NCBI GenBank assembly: GCA_965222375.1
Contig: CBDCTZ010000008.1
Location: 352,001-416,000, forward strand
Length of the DNA: 64,000 nucleotides
Source: Polyangiaceae bacterium
GTDB taxonomy: Bacteria; Myxococcota_A; Polyangia; Polyangiales; Polyangiaceae
Direction: 5' to 3'
The stretch's first letter is position 1, and each line of letters starts with the position of its first letter. Shown piece after piece: positions 40,438-48,436 of the stretch. The notes under the pieces were generated by a model. That model was not told the DNA's origin, ran no database searches, and worked only from the letters and a program-made list of their open reading frames with translations. Made by a program: the position numbers and the translations under genes.

Positions 40438-41013
40438 GTGTTCGGGATCTCGCTCTCTGAGATCGCGCTGATCGCCGTCGTCGCGTTGGTCGTTGTCGGC
40501 CCTCAGAAGCTTCCCGGCATGCTGCGCACCCTCGGCCAATGGATGGGCAAACTCCGGCGTTTGACGACGGAGGTGCGGGCGCAGACCGGCATCGACGACA
40601 TCCTGCGCGAGGAGGGAATCGACGGGGGCCTGACTGAGCTACGCGGGATCCTGAGGGGCGATCTGCGAGCGGCCGGCCGCCTGGCCTACTCGGAATCCCG
40701 CGCAGACCCCTACCCCGAGTCGGTCGAGGAAGATCTGTTCCGCGAGTACCCGCCGGAAGGCGCGGACGCCTATGGCGCGCTGCCGGATGATCTCGTTGAC
40801 GATGACGACGACGATTACGACGACGCAGAGGATAGCGAGGGCTCAGAAGAGGCGGACAATGGAAGCGCTGAGGGCACCGATGAGCAGCCCGCCGCTGCTC
40901 CGACAGCGGGTGCCTACGCCGTGCCCGCCCTCGAGAGCAGCGCAGCCGCGGACTCGCAGCAGGAAACGCCCGCACCTTCCCCAGTTAAGCGCACGGAACC
41001 CGATCCTTCATGA
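40438..41013 (+). CDS. tatB: Twin-arginine translocase TatB
   Basis: MFGISLSEIALIAVVALVVVGPQKLP; acidic tail; upstream of tatC. Confidence 0.93.
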   Translation: MFGISLSEIALIAVVALVVVGPQKLPGMLRTLGQWMGKLRRLTTEVRAQTGIDDILREEGIDGGLTELRGILRGDLRAAGRLAYSESRADPYPESVEEDLFREYPPEGADAYGALPDDLVDDDDDDYDDAEDSEGSEEADNGSAEGTDEQPAAAPTAGAYAVPALESSAAADSQQETPAPSPVKRTEPDPS

Positions 41014-41807
41014 GTGACGAGCCCGATCCCCCCGAAGCCGAAGAGGCCGCGATGACCTTCTGGGAGCATCTGGCCGAGCTTCGCTCGCGCATCCTTCGAA
41101 TGCTCCTGGCCTTCGCCATCGGCACCGGCGTGGCTTGGTTCTTCCGCGAGAGCCTGCTGCATTTGCTCACCACTCCCTTTATCAAGGCTTGGAACGAGCA
41201 ACAGCTTCCGGGCCAGGCGGCGTTGCACTTCCCAGCGCCTGCCTCCCTCTTCGTGGCCTACCTCAAGCTCGCCCTACTCGGCGGCCTGATTCTGGCTCTG
41301 CCGGTCATGCTCTATCAGCTGTGGTCGTTTGTGGCGCCGGGGCTTTACTCCGGGGAGAAGAAACTCGCCCTGCCCTTCGTCATCTCGTCTTGTGGGCTAT
41401 TTGCTCTGGGAGGCTACTTCGGCTGGCGGATCGCTTTTCCGATCGCCTTTCAATATCTCCTCGGATTCAGCGGGCCAGTGGGGGTGGAAGGCTTTGAAGT
41501 CAAACCCACCGTCATGATCGGGGACTACATCGAGTTCGTGACACGCATGTTGGTCGCCTTTGGCGCGGTGTTCGAACTGCCCGTACTGATCTTCTTTCTA
41601 AGCATTGCGGGCATCGTGACCCACAAGCATTTGATCGGTTTCGCCCGCTACTTCGTCGTCATTTCCTTCGTGCTCTCCGCGATCATCACGCCCCCGGATG
41701 TGACCAGTCAGTTCCTTCTGGCCCTCCCCCTGTGCGTCCTCTACGTTCTGTCGATTGGGATCGCGTGGTTGGTGGACTTTCGACGCCGAAAGCGCAGCAC
41801 GGCCTGA
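41010..41807 (+). CDS. tatC: Twin-arginine translocase TatC
   Basis: HLAELRSR, YQLWSFVAPGLY, FELP, ITPPD. Confidence 0.96.
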   Translation: MSDEPDPPEAEEAAMTFWEHLAELRSRILRMLLAFAIGTGVAWFFRESLLHLLTTPFIKAWNEQQLPGQAALHFPAPASLFVAYLKLALLGGLILALPVMLYQLWSFVAPGLYSGEKKLALPFVISSCGLFALGGYFGWRIAFPIAFQYLLGFSGPVGVEGFEVKPTVMIGDYIEFVTRMLVAFGAVFELPVLIFFLSIAGIVTHKHLIGFARYFVVISFVLSAIITPPDVTSQFLLALPLCVLYVLSIGIAWLVDFRRRKRSTA

Positions 41808-41811
41808 GGGC

Positions 41812-42240
41812 TCAACCTTCGCGCGCGTACGGCTCCCCGCGCAGAATGCTCAGGGCGCGGTAGATCTGTTCCAACAGCAGGACTCGAGCCAACTGGTGCG
41901 GGAGAGTCAGAGCCGACAGTGAGAGTCGCACGTCCGAGCTGGCACTCAAGGGAGCCGGCAGCCCCTCGGCGCCCCCGATCAAGAATCCGATCACGCCCTT
42001 GCCCCGCCGGCTCCAAAGCGCCATCCTCCGGGAAAGCTCCGTGCTGCTCACGACATCACCGCCGACTTCGAGGGCAACTCGCGTGGACAGCCCGGCGACA
42101 TGACGCTCCATCTCGCCTGCGCGTCGCACTTCAACCTCATCACAGCGCGTGTAGTGGCGAATCCTAGCCAGATAGTCGTCAGCAAGGCTACGGAAGGCGG
42201 GGTGCTTCAGCTTGCCCTCGGCGATGACGAGGATCTTCAC
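41812..42240 (-). CDS. rlmH: 23S rRNA m3Psi1915 methyltransferase
   Basis: FLIGGAEG, LSLSALTLPHQLARVLLLEQIYRA...GEPY. Confidence 0.93.
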   Translation of the reverse strand: MKILVIAEGKLKHPAFRSLADDYLARIRHYTRCDEVEVRRAGEMERHVAGLSTRVALEVGGDVVSSTELSRRMALWSRRGKGVIGFLIGGAEGLPAPLSASSDVRLSLSALTLPHQLARVLLLEQIYRALSILRGEPYAREG

Positions 42241-42716
42241 GTCCGTTGCTCGGCACTATCCGGCACGGGTATTCGGCGAGCATCCATCCACAACCCGTCC
42301 AGGTCGTACAGGCTGCGTGACTGCTCCTCGAAGACGTGAACAACGACATCGACGAAATCGATCAGGACCCAATTGGCCTGGGGCAACCCTTCTAGACTGA
42401 TGGCGCGCACACCGCTTTCGGCGAGCAACTCTTCCACGGCTTGAGCGATCGCCCCGACATGTCGGTCGCTGTGACCGGTCATGAGCACGAGGAAGTCCGC
42501 GTAGTCGACCTTACCAGTGACATCGACGATCTCGACGCCCACTGCCTTCTTGTCCAGCCCAGCTTGCGCTGATAGCAGCGCTACGCGCCGGGCTTCTTCG
42601 GAGGGCTCGGGCCGGACGATTTCGGTAGCCGCCATCGCGCTGGCCGTCGCGCTTTCCGGGCTGCCGGATGCACCCTTCTTGATTCCCTTCTTCTTCTTCT
42701 TGGCTTTGGCTGTCAC
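42237..42716 (-). CDS. rsfS: Ribosome silencing factor
   Basis: DKKA, ADFLVLMTG, WVLIDFVDVVVHVF...YDLDGLW. Confidence 0.94.
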   Translation of the reverse strand: MTAKAKKKKKGIKKGASGSPESATASAMAATEIVRPEPSEEARRVALLSAQAGLDKKAVGVEIVDVTGKVDYADFLVLMTGHSDRHVGAIAQAVEELLAESGVRAISLEGLPQANWVLIDFVDVVVHVFEEQSRSLYDLDGLWMDARRIPVPDSAEQRT

Positions 42717-43960
42717 GATTCCCTGATCTGGCCGTCACCCAAGACGAGCCACTTCTCACTAGTCAGGCTGGTTAGTCCCATGGGGCCATAGGCGTGCAAT
42801 TTCGTGGTGGAGATTCCGATTTCGGCGCCCAAGCCCAAGGCGCCCCCGTCGTTGAAGCGCGTGGAGGCGTTGACCATGACGGCGCTGGCGTCAACCTCGT
42901 GAGCGAACCTCTCGGCGCTTTCGTAGCTGTCCGTACAGATCGCCTCCGTGTGACCAGAGCCGTAGCGCTCGATGTGGGCCAGGGCTCCGTCCAGGTCGTC
43001 CACCACCCGGACTGCCAGAACTTTCGCGAGGAATTCCGCACCGAAATCGCCCTCAGTGGCCAACACGGATCCCGGCATGTGAGCCTGGGCTCGCTCGCAA
43101 CCGCGTAGTTCTACCCCCTCAGCCGTGAGTGCGGCCGCTAGTTTGGGCAGCTGTCGGACCGCTTCGGCCTGGTGCACGAGCAGACACTCCAGCGCGTTGC
43201 ATACCCCCGGGCGCTGCACTTTGCCGTTGACGGTCAGGGCCAGGGCGCGTTCAGCATCCGCACCGGCATCGATGAACAGATGGCACACGCCTTTGTAGTG
43301 TTTGATCACCGGCACCCGCGCATGTTCTGCGACGAACCGAATCAGCCCCTCCCCACCCCTTGGGATGACCAAGTCGAGGACATCGGCCAGCCCTATCAGC
43401 TCCGTGATCTCTTCTCTCGAGCCCGGTTCGATGATCTGAACGGCTTCTTCCGGCAGCGAAACGGAGCGGAGCGCGTCGCGCATGGCGTTGCCTAAGGCGC
43501 GATTGCTGTGGCGCGCTTCCTTGCCTCCTCGCAGCACGACGGCGTTCCCGCTCTTCAGACACAACACGGCAGCATCGACGGTCACATTCGGGCGCGACTC
43601 GTAGATCATGCCAATCACACCGAGGGGAATGCGGGCGCGTGAAATTCGCAAGCCATTTTCCAATTGCCGCGTCTCGCTGCGTTGCCCCACTGGGTCTGGC
43701 AGAGCACGCACGTCCTCCACAGCCGCCGCCAAACTCGAGATCCGGGCAGCATCGAGGCGGAGGCGATCAACCATCGCTTCGGCAAGTCCCGCCTTTTCGG
43801 CGGCGTCGAGGTCCTGGCGATTAGCAGCCTCGATCTCGCCACTGAGGCGCCGCAGGCGCTCGGCGATGGCATCGAGACCGGCGTTCTTGTCGCGAGTGCT
43901 TGCCCTAGCGAAGTGGCGTGACGCGCGCCGGGCGTTTTCGCATTGCGCCCGTACCGTCAA
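42713..43960 (-). CDS. proA: Glutamate-5-semialdehyde dehydrogenase
   Basis: PLGVIGMIYESRPNVT, IPRGG, GVCH, CNALE, SGHTEAI, NASTRFNDG, GAEIGIST. Start TTG at about 43960 is inferred. Confidence 0.96.
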   Translation of the reverse strand: MTVRAQCENARRASRHFARASTRDKNAGLDAIAERLRRLSGEIEAANRQDLDAAEKAGLAEAMVDRLRLDAARISSLAAAVEDVRALPDPVGQRSETRQLENGLRISRARIPLGVIGMIYESRPNVTVDAAVLCLKSGNAVVLRGGKEARHSNRALGNAMRDALRSVSLPEEAVQIIEPGSREEITELIGLADVLDLVIPRGGEGLIRFVAEHARVPVIKHYKGVCHLFIDAGADAERALALTVNGKVQRPGVCNALECLLVHQAEAVRQLPKLAAALTAEGVELRGCERAQAHMPGSVLATEGDFGAEFLAKVLAVRVVDDLDGALAHIERYGSGHTEAICTDSYESAERFAHEVDASAVMVNASTRFNDGGALGLGAEIGISTTKLHAYGPMGLTSLTSEKWLVLGDGQIRES

Positions 43961-44039
43961 AGCTCTGGACCTTGCACCGTTATCTCGATTCCCAAGGTGT
44001 TGCAGCGTAGCAGGGCCGACGGGTCGGGGAAACGGCCAA

Positions 44040-44315
44040 TCACCCGCCGTCCTGAGCTGCGTCGGTGCCCCCAGCGTCCCCGGATCCCGCGTCCTGCGTC
44101 GCCGCATCCGGGGTGGTCTCGGGTGCGGGCGGCTCAGGGTCGTCGGTCACGGCCTCCCCCTCCAGGTCGTCCAGGGGGTCGACGGGGGCCGCCGCGTCCC
44201 AGGGCATTACCCTCGGTACTTCATACTCCGGAGGGGGCCCCGTGGGCCGCTGCCTGGTCGGACAACCCAGGAGCACGCAGAACGGGACGACGACGACCCA
44301 AAACAGTCGGCTCAT
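44040..44315 (-). CDS. Small low-complexity lipoprotein
   Basis: Lipobox LLGC; Pro/Asp-rich; ATGA overlap with the upstream gene. Confidence 0.65.
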   Translation of the reverse strand: MSRLFWVVVVPFCVLLGCPTRQRPTGPPPEYEVPRVMPWDAAAPVDPLDDLEGEAVTDDPEPPAPETTPDAATQDAGSGDAGGTDAAQDGG

Positions 44316-44587
44316 AGATTGACCCCTGCGTCTCCCGGATCTGCCGGCGCCGGCGCCAAGCCCGGAGGGGGGATCAACGGCTGCTCGCCGTCGTCGTCGA
44401 AGGGTTCATCCTCGTCGGGTCCGGGGCTCGTCGTGCGCCCAGCCGCGAGTGCGCCGGTTGCCCCGGGAGCCGCCGAGGGCAAATCCACGCTGGCAGCGGG
44501 GGGCGGCGGATCCGTCGCTGGTTTGCTGCAAGCAACGAGACCCACCGCAAGTGTCACGCACGCCAGACTGCCCCGGCTCAGAGCCAT
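44312..44587 (-). CDS. Small Pro-rich lipoprotein
   Basis: Lipobox LVAC; start overlaps the epimerase stop; AGGA SD. Confidence 0.65.
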   Translation of the reverse strand: MALSRGSLACVTLAVGLVACSKPATDPPPPAASVDLPSAAPGATGALAAGRTTSPGPDEDEPFDDDGEQPLIPPPGLAPAPADPGDAGVNL

Positions 44588-45603
44588 CTTTCCTCGTCCA
44601 CTGCGTGCAAAGTCTCGTTCAAGTCAAAGCTCGGATCGTGGCCCAAGACCTCTCGAGCCCGACGATCATCTATCATACAAACGTAGCGAATGAAGTCGAG
44701 TTCCGGGGCGGGGAAAGAGGTCATTCGCATTCTCCATAGTCGGTCGACGCCAAAGCGTGCCAACTGGTGGGGGATCTTGATGGTAGGTCGCCCCAAAGCG
44801 CGCAGGGCCCGGGACAGCGCAACCGGCGCAGGACCCGCGACATTGAAAATCCCCCGAACACCTGGGCGCAACGCCAATGCGAGGGCTTGAACCACATCGT
44901 CTTGATGCACCACCTGCACCATCGGATCGAAGCCCATCAGCGTAGGTACCTTGGCCAGGCGCAAATAGTTGCTGGCGGCGTTGCGCACCGTCCCGAGAAT
45001 ATTGGTTGGCCGCAAGATCACGGTTTCCGTTCCGGGATGCTTCCAGAAGAAGGACTGCGCCAGCATATCCAGCTCTACGAGGTCCCGCATGTCGCTGAAA
45101 CGATCCGCGCCGAGCAGCGGGGCCTCTTCCGTCAAGAACTGCGGATTGTCGGGGCGCGGGCCGTAGACATTGGCGCTGGAAAGCAGCACGAGCTTCGGGA
45201 TCTGGTAGGCCTGAACCCAATCCAGGAGCTTCTGGAACGCCACCACGTTCCACGCGTGGTGCACCTGGCTGCCGCCCCGAGGATCGTGCATCACCCCCAA
45301 GTGCACGATGGCGCCGATATCCTTGCGCCGGAATAGCTCGCGAGCTTTCTTACGCCGAATATCGATTTCGTGGTGCTCGATGTCCTTGGGGCGGTCATCG
45401 AACGGCCGCCGGTCGAGCCCGATGACCGGACGCTGGCGGTGCAGCACTCGTGCTAGGCGTCGGCCTAGCCGCCCGCAGATCCCCGTGATGACGACGGCTT
45501 GCTCGCCCTTGGGGGCTTTCGCAACCTGCTTGCGCCGATGCGCGGCCGCGCGGGGACCCCGGCGCCCCCCTCCGGGCTTCTTCGTGACTTTGGCTCCGGC
45601 CAT
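44578..45603 (-). CDS. NAD-dependent epimerase/dehydratase-family protein
   Basis: VITGICGRLG, LLSSANVYG, QVVHQDDV, GIFNVAG; paired with an acyltransferase. Confidence 0.88.
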   Translation of the reverse strand: MAGAKVTKKPGGGRRGPRAAAHRRKQVAKAPKGEQAVVITGICGRLGRRLARVLHRQRPVIGLDRRPFDDRPKDIEHHEIDIRRKKARELFRRKDIGAIVHLGVMHDPRGGSQVHHAWNVVAFQKLLDWVQAYQIPKLVLLSSANVYGPRPDNPQFLTEEAPLLGADRFSDMRDLVELDMLAQSFFWKHPGTETVILRPTNILGTVRNAASNYLRLAKVPTLMGFDPMVQVVHQDDVVQALALALRPGVRGIFNVAGPAPVALSRALRALGRPTIKIPHQLARFGVDRLWRMRMTSFPAPELDFIRYVCMIDDRRAREVLGHDPSFDLNETLHAVDEERWL

Positions 45604-45608
45604 GAGAT

Positions 45609-46529
45609 TCAGAAGAACAGGCTACGCCGCTCCTTCAAGCCACGGTTGATCATGCTCTGAACGGTCTGCCGAACGAGCCAGACCTTCTCGTCAATTACGG
45701 CGTCGTCGTCATCAGGATCTCCGTCGAATCGCATGGGCTCACCAAAGTAGAGCCGATATTTCGTCGGCAAGGGCAGCTGCCCGCCCGGCACGAAAAGCTG
45801 AGGAATCATCGGAAATACAGGCATATTCAGAGCCTTGGCCATGAACTCCAGATTGCCCAGATTCACGTATTGCTCTTCGGCGCCGATCACGGCGACGGGA
45901 ACGATCGGCGTGTCGGTTTCCATCGCGAGACGCATGAAGCCATTGCCGAACGCCTGCAGCTGGTAGCGACGCGAAAAAGGCTTGCTGATCCCGCGAGTCC
46001 CTTCGGGGAAGACTAGAAGGGGTTCGTCCATCTCGAGTAGGCGCTTTGCATTCTCGGGCACACCCACCACCTGACCGACGCGTTGGAAGAAGGTGGAGAC
46101 GAAGGGCAGAGTTTGCGACCACTTCTCGACCATCGCCCGCACTACCCGTGGCTCCGACGCATCCAAGAACATCGCGGAACCAATGATCGCGCCGTCAATG
46201 GGCATTTGCCCCGAGTGATTGGCGATCAGCAACACGCGCCCGCCGGGCACGTTCTTGATGCCGTGGACATGGGTACGGAAATAGAGGCGGTGGAAGAAGG
46301 CGCACACCATCACGGCGTTCTTCGCCGCTTCCGGGTCCATTCCGAAGGGATCTCCCCCAGCCGCGTCGTAGCGCTCGCTCAACACGCGAGTCCGGGCCTC
46401 GAAGTCATCACCCAATGCGCGCTCCGCCACCTGCTGAAATGACCGACGCGCACGAGACCAGACCGAAAGTAGGCCGTCGGCCTTCGCTCTATCGAGCCGG
46501 AGCGAGGAGGTGGGCGAGCCGGGGGGCAT
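45609..46529 (-). CDS. Lysophospholipid (PlsC-type) acyltransferase
   Basis: ANHSGQMPIDG (HxxxxD-type), VFPEG, PIVPVAVIGAEE. Confidence 0.9.
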   Translation of the reverse strand: MPPGSPTSSLRLDRAKADGLLSVWSRARRSFQQVAERALGDDFEARTRVLSERYDAAGGDPFGMDPEAAKNAVMVCAFFHRLYFRTHVHGIKNVPGGRVLLIANHSGQMPIDGAIIGSAMFLDASEPRVVRAMVEKWSQTLPFVSTFFQRVGQVVGVPENAKRLLEMDEPLLVFPEGTRGISKPFSRRYQLQAFGNGFMRLAMETDTPIVPVAVIGAEEQYVNLGNLEFMAKALNMPVFPMIPQLFVPGGQLPLPTKYRLYFGEPMRFDGDPDDDDAVIDEKVWLVRQTVQSMINRGLKERRSLFF

Positions 46530-46628
46530 CGATGGGAGTGTACACGCCTGCCCTGCCACGGGGACACGCGGCCGGGGCTGCCCAAGCCGAGCTTGACGCC
46601 AACGGCATGAAGCCGGAACTCTCCTTGG

Positions 46629-47510
46629 GTGCTGCTGCCTCCGGCCCTGACCCCGGGCGCCCGGCTACGCCTGGTCGCCCCCTCGAGTCCCTTCGACCGC
46701 ACCCTGGTGTACCGCGGGCTCGCCTTCCTCAAGAGTCGCTACCGAGTTGACCACCCCGCGGAGGCCTTTGCCCGACACGGCTTTCTGGCCGGCAGCGACG
46801 AGTCGCGGAGACAGCAGCTTCAGGCGGCGATCGACGATCCGTTCGTTGCCGCCATCGTTGCGGCGCGGGGAGGCTACGGCCTCACTCGCATCCTAGCCGG
46901 CTTGGACCTCTCGTCGCTGACCACCCGGCCCAAGTGGATCGTCGGATTCTCCGACTTGACCGCCCTGCACGTCGAGGCGGCGCGCCTGGGTGTCGCCACG
47001 ATGCACGCCCACAACGTGGCTGGACTGGGCCGTGGCGATGCCACCGCGCGGCAAGACTGGGTCGAAGCGTTGGAAGAGCCAAGTCAGCCACGCAAATTGG
47101 GTGGACTGGAGGTCTGGAACGGCGGCGACGCCTCGGGGCCACTATTCGGTGGCAATTTGACCCTGCTGTTCACCTGCGCCGCCGCTGGGCGTCTGCGCCC
47201 TCCCCCTGGCGCCATTTGGTTCCTCGAAGACGTGACCGAGTCCAGCTATCGAATCGACCGCATGCTCACCGCGCTGCTGGCATCGGGTGCCTTCGACCAG
47301 GCAGCCGCAATCGTGCTGGGCGACTTCACGGACTGCAGCGCCGGACTGCACGCCGTACCCACTTCGTCCGTCTTGCGGGAGCGCCTGTTGGGGCTTGGAA
47401 TACCCGTACGCGCGGGGCTTCGCGCTGGCCATGGACGCTTCAACACACCGCTCTGCCTCGGCGGGAATACGACACTTCGCGGTGACGTACTAGTCTGCGG
47501 CCCAACTTGA
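46629..47510 (+). CDS. ldcA: LD-carboxypeptidase (peptidase S66)
   Basis: RGGYG, GFSDLT (catalytic Ser), GGNL, FLEDV, GHG. Confidence 0.92.
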   Translation: MLLPPALTPGARLRLVAPSSPFDRTLVYRGLAFLKSRYRVDHPAEAFARHGFLAGSDESRRQQLQAAIDDPFVAAIVAARGGYGLTRILAGLDLSSLTTRPKWIVGFSDLTALHVEAARLGVATMHAHNVAGLGRGDATARQDWVEALEEPSQPRKLGGLEVWNGGDASGPLFGGNLTLLFTCAAAGRLRPPPGAIWFLEDVTESSYRIDRMLTALLASGAFDQAAAIVLGDFTDCSAGLHAVPTSSVLRERLLGLGIPVRAGLRAGHGRFNTPLCLGGNTTLRGDVLVCGPT

Positions 47511-47576
47511 ACCGGGCGCCTTCAGGTCGTAGTCTTCGCGCGTTGCGACGTCGCAGGGTGCGCCAGGAAGAGCGAA

Positions 47577-48436
47577 ATGTCACTGGCTTTCCGCCTATTC
47601 AGTGTTGGGGCGTCGGGCGCGCTAGCCGTCGCCGCCTGTTCGGCGAGTGACAGTGGCGGCGGCTCTGGCGGCGGGCCTGCCACGAGCGGGACCGCCGGCT
47701 CAAGCGGGGCTTCAAGCAGTGGCGCCATCAGCACCGGAGGCAGCGGTGGAGGCATCGTCATCGACGGCGGTGGGGGCAACGCCGGGCTCTCGGAAGACGC
47801 CGCCTGCAGCCAAATCACGCAGAAAGCGGAAAACAAACTCCAACCGGCCGACATCATCTTCGCCCTGGATAATTTCGGAAGCATGGACGAAGAGGCGAAC
47901 TTCGTTCAGGCGACCATGAGCATGTTCTCCAACGGAATCGTGACGTCGAACATTGACGCCCACGTCGTGATCTTGTCTGCCGGTTCGAACCAGAGCAATG
48001 GCAGAATTTCCTTCCGGTTTTCCAGGCCGTGACCCAGTCCGTCGTACAAGCTTCCAAACTCGCCTGTGAATGGGATATCCCGGAACCCGACGGAGGCAAG
48101 GTCGATCCGAATCTGGTGAACGTAGAGTTCTCGACCGGGGGCAACACTCAGAAGATCGGCTATGCCGGCTCCCTCGCGAACTGCGCCAACGTGCAAGGCG
48201 GGTGGTACTTCGATGACGCTCTGACGCCCAAGAAGGTCTTTGTCTGCCCGGATACCTGCAACGTAGTTCAAGGCGTGTCGGACGCGGAGATCCGAGTGCT
48301 GCTGGGCTGCAAGCGAGAGACTGCAGTCCCCAAGTGGACGGCGCCGCTGGTGCTCCCATCGGGTTTCACCCGCCTACGCTTGGGTGGGGCGACGACTAGG
48401 GTTCGTCTTCGAACAGTTCGTCGTCATCTACGATGA
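47577..48436 (+). pseudogene. Internally deleted, frameshifted vWA-domain lipoprotein gene
   Basis: First frame: lipobox, Gly linker, ADIIFALDNFGSM. The frame switches at about 48002 into QNFLPVFQAVTQ...CEWDIP...GWYFDD...CPDTC...LLGC. Most of the vWA core is missing. Confidence 0.75.

Noticed and set aside
40438..41807. tatBC without tatA
   Set aside because: tatA is commonly encoded elsewhere, so this is not unusual.
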